From the IMG/VR virus record IMGVR_UViG_3300042894_007218: 46,145 nucleotides of DNA. One strand, given 5' to 3'. Positions 38,343 through 46,145 of this stretch are shown here, piece by piece; the stretch's first letter is position 1; every line of letters starts with the position of its first letter. The translations under genes and the position numbers were made by a program. The notes beneath the pieces were generated by a model. It saw nothing but the letters and a program-made list of their open reading frames with translations, ran no database searches and had not been told where the DNA came from. The DNA is from an uncultured virus (IMG/VR IMGVR_UViG_3300042894_007218). Lineage: Duplodnaviria > Heunggongvirae > Uroviricota > Caudoviricetes.

Positions 38343-38405
38343 CTCTTTGATTAGAGAGTCTGTTTAAAGACAGGGTGGGTACTAAACCCCACACTAAAAA
38401 ATCTT

Positions 38406-38512
38406 GGCCCGTTCGTCTAGTGGACTCTTAAAAGAGGTACAGAAACTTTGTGAACGTAGAGGACGCCTAACTTTTCATTAGGAGACATTGGGTTCGAATC
38501 CCATACGGGCTA
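38406..38512 (+). tRNA. tRNA-Glu-like gene with ~34-nt D-loop insertion and shifted anticodon loop
   Basis: Glu-type body ggcccgt..gtctagtgg[insert]aggac; cctaa CTTTTCA ttagg. Confidence 0.6.
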
Positions 38513-39199
38513 CTAATTTCTTTTATTTATAATATCAGATATAGTGCCTCTACTAGCATTCATAATTTTAGCTATATCGGATTTCTTAATTCCACTATCA
38601 TAAAGTTCATATATTTTAATTCTATTTAATTTAGGTTGTGTTTCTTTAATATTTTTTGACTTTTTTTTAATTTCTTGTTCATACTTGAAGAACCTATCTT
38701 TGTCTATGTGGTGCTCTTGATGGCAATTTTGGCACAATATCTGGCATTTATTTAGTTCATTGATTATAGTTTCCATATTATGAATGTATCTGATATCAGA
38801 AATTTTAAATTCTTTTTTTGATGATTCTAAATGGTGAAATACTAAGCTTGATGGACATACATCATATTTACAAATTTCACATTTAGAACCTTTAATATTT
38901 AAAAATATTTTTTTATTATTTTTATTTAGTGATATTTTTGAGATATTTTCTAAATAGTGAACTTCTTCGTGACAATTTTTACAAACAAGTTCACACTTAT
39001 CTAATTCTTTTTCTATTTTAGACCATCTCAAATATCGCATCTCACCTATTCCATTTTCTTTCTCATCTTTATTTTTGTGATGAAAAGTCAGATGAAAAAT
39101 GTTACTATTTGAACAAATTTTACATTTATTACCAAGATAATTTATACTCTTAATTTTTTTTGACCAAGCATCTATAAATTGCCAATCTTTTTTATTCAT
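38513..39199 (-). CDS. HNH endonuclease (two HNH/Zn modules plus C-terminal HTH), homing-type
   Basis: Twice CxxC...FHH...KCxxxCxNCHxExH; terminal HTH. Confidence 0.85.
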   Translation of the reverse strand: MNKKDWQFIDAWSKKIKSINYLGNKCKICSNSNIFHLTFHHKNKDEKENGIGEMRYLRWSKIEKELDKCELVCKNCHEEVHYLENISKISLNKNNKKIFLNIKGSKCEICKYDVCPSSLVFHHLESSKKEFKISDIRYIHNMETIINELNKCQILCQNCHQEHHIDKDRFFKYEQEIKKKSKNIKETQPKLNRIKIYELYDSGIKKSDIAKIMNASRGTISDIINKRN

Positions 39200-39272
39200 T
39201 TGTTCGTTTTTTTTATTTTATATATTAAAAAAGAAAACGAACTTTTTTCAAAATTTATGTATAAATAAATAT

Positions 39273-39376
39273 GGTCCTTTAGCTCAGCAGGTTAGAGCAA
39301 CTGACTCTAAGTGTTATAAGTAAATTAACACAACAATATAATCAGTAGGTCCACGGTTCGAGCCCGTGAGGGACCA
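39273..39376 (+). tRNA. tRNA-Ile2-like gene interrupted by a 30-nt insertion in the anticodon loop
   Basis: Ile2-type body ggtccttTAGCTCAG...; actga CTC[30 nt]ATAA tcagt. Confidence 0.75.
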
Positions 39377-39437
39377 CTAAAACAAAAACTCATCAAATTA
39401 TTTGGTGAGTTTTTTTATTTTAATTATATTTGCTATT

Positions 39438-39689
39438 ATGAATATTTTTACAAAATCTAAGATTGTTAAACTACTGAGTGATAAAGTTCAATCAGGAGAG
39501 ATTGTTAGTTTTGATTTAACCGATTCTTATTTAAGAATCACAAAGTCAAAAAGAACAGGCTTCACTTTTAGATTAAGTGAATACTCTGATATCCTTTTAA
39601 TAAATATTTTGAAAAAAAAGACACCTAAGCCACAGTTTCAAAATATAGAAACCTTTTATAAACAACAAATTCAAATACTAAAATCATAA
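39438..39689 (+). CDS. hypothetical protein (start at ATG MNIFTK)
   Basis: Follows promoter at 39401-39432. Confidence 0.65.
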   Translation: MNIFTKSKIVKLLSDKVQSGEIVSFDLTDSYLRITKSKRTGFTFRLSEYSDILLINILKKKTPKPQFQNIETFYKQQIQILKS

Positions 39690-40030
39690 TGGTGCCAGAA
39701 AAGATTTTAGCACATATAGACAATCAAGTAATTGACCAAATTGAACTTGGTCAAAGATGGGATGATATTATAGATTACTTAGATTCTAATGTTAGAAGAT
39801 ATAAAAAAAGAGACGGATTTATTGAAGTTAGTGAAAAGTATCTTGTTAATAACTGGAATAGAATTGAATGGAAAAAAAGGATGACCACTATGCTTGTCAT
39901 TCAGTCAAATCGTAGAATTGAAGATATAAAGTGGATTAAAAAAAATCATCACGATTTTCCGAGATATTCTTCAAAAAAAATGTATAAACTTGTTTCACTC
40001 AGAGACAAATTAAAATCTAATAAAATTTAA
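39689..40030 (+). CDS. hypothetical protein
   Basis: Coupled ORF. Confidence 0.7.
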   Translation: MVPEKILAHIDNQVIDQIELGQRWDDIIDYLDSNVRRYKKRDGFIEVSEKYLVNNWNRIEWKKRMTTMLVIQSNRRIEDIKWIKKNHHDFPRYSSKKMYKLVSLRDKLKSNKI

Positions 40031-40081
40031 ACAATTAATTTTAAAAATAATATATACATCCTAAGTAAATAGTAGATAGAA

Positions 40082-40603
40082 ATGAATATTGAAATTGAAA
40101 GAAAGTATCTTCTTAAAGCGATACCAAATAAAGAACCAATTGAAACAATTGAGATTTTTCAATGGTACTTAAAAAACTCAGAAGGTATCTGGGAAAGAGC
40201 TCGTAGTTGCTACTCGGACCAAAAAGGTTTTTACTTTGTACATACCATCAAAAAGAACATTGCGCCTGGTATAAATGAAGAAGATGAAAAAGTAATTACA
40301 CCAGAAGAGTTTAATGAGTTTGTTGAAAAGTGTAAAGTTTCCCAATCAAGATACATTTCAAAAGAAAGATTGATTTATCCAGACGGTGATTTAAAATGGG
40401 AAGTTGACGTATTCAATAATGGTCATCATCTTATTGTTGCTGAGATAGAAGTTCCTTCTATGGAATTTGAAGTCAAAATACCAAAGTTTATCAATGACAA
40501 ATTATTAATGGAAGTCACTGGTATGAAACAATTTGGCAACAGAAATTTATCCAACAAATATGTTACAAAAAGTCAGGCGATTAAAAGTCAAACAACCGAT
40601 TGA
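40082..40603 (+). CDS. CYTH domain (triphosphate tunnel) protein
   Basis: EIERKYL, KER, WEVDVF, VAEIE. Confidence 0.9.
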   Translation: MNIEIERKYLLKAIPNKEPIETIEIFQWYLKNSEGIWERARSCYSDQKGFYFVHTIKKNIAPGINEEDEKVITPEEFNEFVEKCKVSQSRYISKERLIYPDGDLKWEVDVFNNGHHLIVAEIEVPSMEFEVKIPKFINDKLLMEVTGMKQFGNRNLSNKYVTKSQAIKSQTTD

Positions 40604-40802
40604 TGGTTTGTTAGAAAACAGTGAGATACTTTGGGAATTTTATGATTATCCAGACCATTTCTATTCTGAAAATCAAAACAATACTGATATATTTACTTTG
40701 AAGACAATGTGTCAATATATCGATTTTAATACACTTTTTGAAGAATTAGAACCAATCGAAAAAGAAAAATCACCACAGTATAAACTTCTAATTCATAAGT
40801 GA
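40560..40802 (+). CDS. hypothetical protein
   Basis: ORF filling the gap; start uncertain. Confidence 0.5.
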   Translation: MLQKVRRLKVKQPIDGLLENSEILWEFYDYPDHFYSENQNNTDIFTLKTMCQYIDFNTLFEELEPIEKEKSPQYKLLIHK

Positions 40803-40812
40803 TATAATTTTT

Positions 40813-41403
40813 ATGAATGAGAAATTAGAACTTAGAATGTATGGTCTTGTTCCATACAACATTTCGCCAATCCAACAAGCAATTCAATTTGGACACGCTG
40901 TTGTTGAATATGGTCAACGTGTTAAACTACCACAAGCGATGTCAAAGATGAGCATCAATGCCAGTTGTATTTATGATGATTGGGCAGATAATTGGAAGAC
41001 TTTTATCATACTTAATGGTGGTACAACAAATCATAGAGTTGATGAACAAGGTATGCCTTTTGGTACATTAAATAATCACTTATTAGTTTTAGAAGAAAAT
41101 AAAATTGACTTTGTTACTTTTCATGAGCCTGATTTAGGTGACCAATTGACAGCAATTGTTTTTGTTGTAGATGAAAGAGTATTCAATCGTAAAAAATATC
41201 CTGACTTTGAAGACTGGATTATTGAAAACTATGGTGAATTAATAAGGTCTGATTATTATACGACATCATATATGTTAGCAACACAAATTAAACAATCTAC
41301 CAGTAAAAGAGATAAAAAAGTTTATGATGAGTGGTCAAAATTTGTTGGTGGTGAAAAAAACATCTTTTTAAGAGACTTTTTGAAAAATTTTAAATTAGCT
41401 TAA
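40813..41403 (+). CDS. peptidyl-tRNA hydrolase PTH2-like protein
   Basis: QAIQFGHAVVE, IILNGG, FHEPDLGDQLTAI. Confidence 0.65.
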   Translation: MNEKLELRMYGLVPYNISPIQQAIQFGHAVVEYGQRVKLPQAMSKMSINASCIYDDWADNWKTFIILNGGTTNHRVDEQGMPFGTLNNHLLVLEENKIDFVTFHEPDLGDQLTAIVFVVDERVFNRKKYPDFEDWIIENYGELIRSDYYTTSYMLATQIKQSTSKRDKKVYDEWSKFVGGEKNIFLRDFLKNFKLA

Positions 41404-41826
41404 ATGAAGTGGTTTAAAATTAACAATAAAGATAATTTTTCCGCAAAAGAAGTTAGCATACAGTTTTTACTTGATACTTCAAATAATGCTAGATATGGAT
41501 ATGCTAAAATTGTCAATCAGGAAAGACAATTAATTGATTTAACTATAGTATTAGAACTAAATCAAGAAAATAAAGATTATTTCTTCGAACTATTTGATAA
41601 ATCAAAACGTCCTGGTGTTAAAGCGTCTGATTATAAATTTGAAACTTGTTCTTCGGAATTTATTGCTAAAGGTTGTATCATCAAATCTATAACTACTGAT
41701 CCAGTTGCGAATCAAATTGTTATGGAAATTAGATGTGACAATTCATCAGTCAGACCGATTGAAGAAAGAAGAGATGAGATTATTGATGAAATCTTAGACA
41801 AAACTTTAAAAAATAAAAACATATAA
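41404..41826 (+). CDS. hypothetical protein
   Basis: ORF; C-terminal RRDEIIDEIL. Confidence 0.7.
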   Translation: MKWFKINNKDNFSAKEVSIQFLLDTSNNARYGYAKIVNQERQLIDLTIVLELNQENKDYFFELFDKSKRPGVKASDYKFETCSSEFIAKGCIIKSITTDPVANQIVMEIRCDNSSVRPIEERRDEIIDEILDKTLKNKNI

Positions 41827-41841
41827 TAAAAAAATAAAACT

Positions 41842-43965
41842 ATGATGACAAATACAAACAATTTAGAAGGTAGAGATTATACGGCTCCGAGTATCAAAGC
41901 GGCTTTGGAAGATGACGAAGATGATGATAGAGGATTTGGGTCTTCTAAGAAGTCAGACTCAAAATCTAAAACTCCTGTTTTAGATACTTACAGTCGTGAT
42001 TTGACTAAGATGGCTGAAGAGGGTAAACTCGACCCGATCGTAGGTAGAGAAAAAGAAATTGAGAGAGTTTCGCAAATTCTTTCCAGAAGAAAAAAGAATA
42101 ATCCAATTCTTATTGGAGAACCGGGTGTTGGTAAATCTTCAATTGCAGAAGGTTTGGCACTTAGAATTGTTCAAAGAAAAGTTTCTCGTATTCTTTTTAA
42201 TAAAAGAGTTGTAATGCTTGACTTAGCTTCAATGGTCGCTGGTACAAAATACCGTGGTCAGTTTGAAGAAAGAATTAAAGCTCTTATGGGTGAATTAGAA
42301 AAAGAACTAGATGTAATTCTTTTTATTGATGAAATTCACACTATGATTGGTGCTGGTGGTGCTTCTGGTTCTCTTGATGCCTCTAATATGTTTAAACCGG
42401 CACTTGCTCGCGGTGAGATTCAAATCATCGGTGCTACTACACTTGACGAGTATCGTAAACATATTGAAAAAGATGGTGCTTTAGAAAGACGTTTTCAAAA
42501 AGTTATGGTTGAGCCAGCAACTGCTGAAGAAACACTTCAAATCATTTCTAATATTAGAGAAAGATATGAAGACCATCACAATGTGAAATATACAGAAGAG
42601 GCAATCAAAGCATGTGTTGATCTTACTGTTAGATATCAGTCTGACCGTCACCTACCAGATAAAGCGATTGATGCTTTGGATGAGGCTGGTGCAAGAGTTC
42701 ATATTTCTAACATTGTTGTTCCTCAAGAAATCACTGATGTTGAAAATAAAATTAGTGATATCAAAGAAAAAAAGAATGAAGTAATTCGTTCTCAACGATA
42801 CGAAGAGGCCGCAAAATTGAGAGATGTAGAAAGACAACTCAATGAGTCTTTAGAAAAAGCTCGTAAGGCTTGGGAAGATGACCAGAAAAATCATAAACAA
42901 ATTGTTTCTGAAGAAAACGTAGCTGAAGTGGTTTCTATGATGACTGGAATTCCTGTAAGTAAAGTAAATCAGGATGAAAATCAAAAACTTCAGAAAATGC
43001 TTACAGAACTGAATGGTAGAGTAGTTGGTCAGGACGATGCTGTTAAGAAAGTCGTTAAGGCTATTCAAAGAGGTCGAGTTGGAATGAAGGATCCAAACAG
43101 ACCAGTTTTCTCTGGAATTCTTATTGGTAACTCTGGTGTTGGTAAAACTGAATTAGCTAAACAAATTGCTAAGTATTTGTTTGACTCTGAGGATGCTCTT
43201 ATTAGATTAGATATGTCTGAGTATATGGAAAAGATTTCTTTAACACGTATTCAAGGGTCAGCTCCTGGATATGTTGGTTATGAAGATGCTAATGTACTTG
43301 ATAAAATCAGAAGAAAGCCTTACTCAGTAGTTCTTTTTGATGAGATTGAAAAGGCACATTCTGATGTATTTAATCTTTTTCTTCAGATGTTGGATGATGG
43401 ACATGTTACTGACTCTCACGGTAGAAAAGTATCTTTTAAAAACTGTATCATTCTTATGACCTCAAATGTTGGAACTAAGATTGTTAAAGATTTTGGTTCT
43501 GGTGTTGGATTTACAACAAAAGCTAAAAGAGAAAGTGGTGAAGAGCAAATCAAAGGAATTCTTGAAAAAGAATTGAAAAAGAAGTTTGCTCCTGAATTCA
43601 TTAACCGTCTTGATGAAATCATTTACTTTAGAGATTTAGGTAAAGAAGAAATTCTTAAAATCATTGACTTAGAATTGTCTAAGACTGTATCAAGAGCTAA
43701 AGAACTCGGATTTACACTTACTGTAACTGACCAGTTAAAAGACCATTTAGTTGAAGTTGGATATGACCCTCAATATGGTGCTCGTCCACTAAAAAGAGCA
43801 ATTCAGAAATGGATTGATGACTATGTTACTGAGTTTATTATTGAAAATAATCCAGCTGAAGGAACTGAGTTATCAATTACTTATGATGCTGAAAAAGAAG
43901 AGTCAGTTGTAACAGCTGTCACTTTAAAAAAGAAGGCAACTCGTAAGAAGAAAACTGAAGAGTAA
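41842..43965 (+). CDS. clpC: ClpC-like AAA+ chaperone lacking the Clp N-domain
   Basis: Two Walker A motifs (GEPGVGKS, GNSGVGKT), UVR-type middle domain, GARPLKR. Confidence 0.9.
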   Translation: MMTNTNNLEGRDYTAPSIKAALEDDEDDDRGFGSSKKSDSKSKTPVLDTYSRDLTKMAEEGKLDPIVGREKEIERVSQILSRRKKNNPILIGEPGVGKSSIAEGLALRIVQRKVSRILFNKRVVMLDLASMVAGTKYRGQFEERIKALMGELEKELDVILFIDEIHTMIGAGGASGSLDASNMFKPALARGEIQIIGATTLDEYRKHIEKDGALERRFQKVMVEPATAEETLQIISNIRERYEDHHNVKYTEEAIKACVDLTVRYQSDRHLPDKAIDALDEAGARVHISNIVVPQEITDVENKISDIKEKKNEVIRSQRYEEAAKLRDVERQLNESLEKARKAWEDDQKNHKQIVSEENVAEVVSMMTGIPVSKVNQDENQKLQKMLTELNGRVVGQDDAVKKVVKAIQRGRVGMKDPNRPVFSGILIGNSGVGKTELAKQIAKYLFDSEDALIRLDMSEYMEKISLTRIQGSAPGYVGYEDANVLDKIRRKPYSVVLFDEIEKAHSDVFNLFLQMLDDGHVTDSHGRKVSFKNCIILMTSNVGTKIVKDFGSGVGFTTKAKRESGEEQIKGILEKELKKKFAPEFINRLDEIIYFRDLGKEEILKIIDLELSKTVSRAKELGFTLTVTDQLKDHLVEVGYDPQYGARPLKRAIQKWIDDYVTEFIIENNPAEGTELSITYDAEKEESVVTAVTLKKKATRKKKTEE

Positions 43966-43970
43966 AAATT

Positions 43971-44000
43971 AAAGAGAGAGTAACTTCTCTCTTTTTTTTT
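43971..44000 (+). terminator. intrinsic terminator
   Basis: AAGAGAGAG/TTCTCTCTT plus T-run. Confidence 0.8.
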
Positions 44001-44012
44001 ATATAATATTAG

Positions 44013-44393
44013 ATGAATAATATAACAGGTATAAGTGCAATACACTCTCAGGGAATTAGTGGTGTTTCTGGTAAAGCAGGTACTTCTGGTCCGGTTGGAA
44101 CTTATGGTTCAATTGGTAGTCACGGTATAAGTGGAACTTCTGGGCCAATTAGTATTATAGATTTCAAAGATGATTTGATGAAGAAATACCATATGAGATT
44201 TAAAATTGAAGTATCATCATATAATAATTTAATTCCTATTTACAGAATAACTGATATTAGTGGTATTGAATACCAGTTTAAACCAAACAGTGTGACACAT
44301 GCTCGTAAAGAAGTTGATGAGTATATAAGTCTATTAATAACAACAATAAGACAGGAAAAAATAAACAATTTAATTAATGAACAAAAATTCTAA
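44013..44393 (+). CDS. hypothetical protein with N-terminal G-x-x repeats
   Basis: [32 protein letters not shown]. Confidence 0.7.
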   Translation: MNNITGISAIHSQGISGVSGKAGTSGPVGTYGSIGSHGISGTSGPISIIDFKDDLMKKYHMRFKIEVSSYNNLIPIYRITDISGIEYQFKPNSVTHARKEVDEYISLLITTIRQEKINNLINEQKF

Positions 44394-45297
44394 AATTTAT
44401 GTAGCTGGTCATAATGGCATGGTTGGCTCAGCAATAGTGAGAAAGTTAAAAGAGTTAGGATATACTAATATTATCACTAAAAGTAGAAAAGAAGTTGACC
44501 TAACTAATCAATTTCAAGTAAATCATTTTTTTCATTTTGAAAGACCTGATTATGTTTTTTTAGCTGCTGCTAAAGTTGGTGGTATCAAAGCTAATGATGA
44601 TTTTAGAGCTGATTTTATTTATGAAAATCTTATGATACAGTCTAATATTATCAAAGCCTCTTATGATTGTGGTGTAAAAAAATTACTTTTCTTAGGTTCT
44701 TCTTGTATTTATCCGAAATTTTGTGAACAACCAATTAAAGAAGAATACTTACTCACTGGTCAGTTGGAACCAACAAATGATGCTTATGCTATTGCAAAAA
44801 TTGCAGGTATAAAGATGTGTCAAGATTTTAACAAACAATATGGTGCAAATTTTATTTCTGTAATGCCTACAAATCTTTATGGACCCGGTGATAATTATGA
44901 TTTAAATAACTCACATGTCTTGCCAGCTATGATTAGAAAGTTTCACGAGGCAAAAGTAAATGGAACTGAAAAAGTTGAAATCTGGGGAACTGGAACTCCT
45001 ATGAGGGAGTTCCTTTATGTTGATGATTTGGCTGATGCTTGTTTATTCCTAATGAATAATTACGATGATAGTGAAATAGTTAATATTGGAACTGGTCAAG
45101 ATGTTACTATTGCAGAACTTGCTATTGGTATATCAAAAATAGTTGGATATGATGGAGAAATATATTTTAATACCAACATGCCAGATGGAACACCAAGAAA
45201 ACTTTTAGATGTTTCAAAACTAAAAGATTTAGGTTGGCAATACCAAACATCTTTATCAGATGGAATAAAAAAAACGTACCAAGATTATGTCAAATAA
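44377..45297 (+). CDS. fcl: GDP-L-fucose synthase
   Basis: [38 protein letters not shown]. Confidence 0.95.
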   Translation: MNKNSKIYVAGHNGMVGSAIVRKLKELGYTNIITKSRKEVDLTNQFQVNHFFHFERPDYVFLAAAKVGGIKANDDFRADFIYENLMIQSNIIKASYDCGVKKLLFLGSSCIYPKFCEQPIKEEYLLTGQLEPTNDAYAIAKIAGIKMCQDFNKQYGANFISVMPTNLYGPGDNYDLNNSHVLPAMIRKFHEAKVNGTEKVEIWGTGTPMREFLYVDDLADACLFLMNNYDDSEIVNIGTGQDVTIAELAIGISKIVGYDGEIYFNTNMPDGTPRKLLDVSKLKDLGWQYQTSLSDGIKKTYQDYVK

Positions 45298-46145
45298 GAA
45301 AGTAGCTTTCATTACTGGAATAACAGGAATGGATGGTTCTCATTTAGCCGAGCTTCTTTTAGAAAAAGGATATGAAGTTCACGGAATGATAAGAAGAACT
45401 TCAACTTTTAATACTGATAGAATAGACCATATATTCAATAAATTAAAGTTACATTACGGTGATGTCACTGACCCTCTTGTAATTTCAAATTTAATTTCAC
45501 AAATTCAACCAGATGAAGTTTATAACTTAGCTGCTCAATCTCATGTTAAGGTGAGTTTTGAAATACCTTATTATACAGCTCAATGTGATGGTTTAGGTAC
45601 TCTTGCTATTATAGAGGCTGTCAAAAATCATTGCCCAAAAGCCAGAATTTATCAAGCATCTACATCAGAACTATATGGTGGTATGGATTATAATATGCCA
45701 GAAACCGGATATACTGAAAATTCGGTAATGCACCCAAGAAGTCCGTATGGTGTTGCTAAACTTTATGCACTTTGGATAACGAAGAATTATAGAGAATCAT
45801 ATGGTATGCACATTTCAAATGGAATTCTTTTTAATCACGAAGGTGAAAGAAGAGGAGAAACATTTGTTACAAGAAAAATCACAATGGCTTTAGCAAATAT
45901 TAAAAAATCAATTGATAATGGTGTTGATTTTCAAACATTAAAATTAGGAAATTTATATGCTAAAAGAGATTGGGGTTATGCTAAAGATTTTGTTGAGGGT
46001 ATGTGGCTTATGTTACAACAAAACACTCCAGATGATTATGTACTTTCTACTGGTGAAACACATACTATAAAAGAATTTGTTGAAGAGGCTTGTAAAGAGT
46101 GTGGTTGGAATATCAACTGGGTTGGAGAAGGATTAAATGAGAAAG
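45287..46145 (+). CDS. gmd: GDP-mannose 4,6-dehydratase (3'-truncated by window; not in ORF track)
   Basis: [56 protein letters not shown]. Confidence 0.95.
   Translation, partial: MSNKKVAFITGITGMDGSHLAELLLEKGYEVHGMIRRTSTFNTDRIDHIFNKLKLHYGDVTDPLVISNLISQIQPDEVYNLAAQSHVKVSFEIPYYTAQCDGLGTLAIIEAVKNHCPKARIYQASTSELYGGMDYNMPETGYTENSVMHPRSPYGVAKLYALWITKNYRESYGMHISNGILFNHEGERRGETFVTRKITMALANIKKSIDNGVDFQTLKLGNLYAKRDWGYAKDFVEGMWLMLQQNTPDDYVLSTGETHTIKEFVEEACKECGWNINWVGEGLNEK

Noticed and set aside
39273..39376. Amber recoding (TAG reassigned) suggested by a possible CTA anticodon
   Set aside because: TAG ends the 15669-16238 gene exactly at the natural end of its CTD, and long ORFs are intact under code 11.

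Overview
AT-rich, gene-dense segment of a large (jumbo-type) bacteriophage genome, probably infecting Bacteroidota: ten TTTG-N19/20-TAnnTTTG promoters, T9SS-sorted proteins and a T4 gp14-like neck gene. It carries about 31 tRNA or tRNA-like genes, a ~830-nt GOLLD-like RNA, virion proteins, translation/RNA-repair-type enzymes, a ClpC-like ATPase and fcl/gmd. Main discovery: five tRNA operons are each preceded by a short leader ORF (below the ORF-track cutoff), an antiterminator inside that ORF, and an intrinsic terminator. Each leader is packed with codons for the amino acids of the tRNAs that follow (H/K/F/S/W/R; Y/E; I/A/G; N/T/L/V/I/C/R/M; Q/P/D), together covering all 20. This looks like a ribosome-stalling attenuation array that senses tRNA shortage and switches on the matching phage tRNAs. 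Leaders, hairpins and anticodons were read by eye; the mechanism is inferred. Protein calls rest on motif recognition, not database searches.
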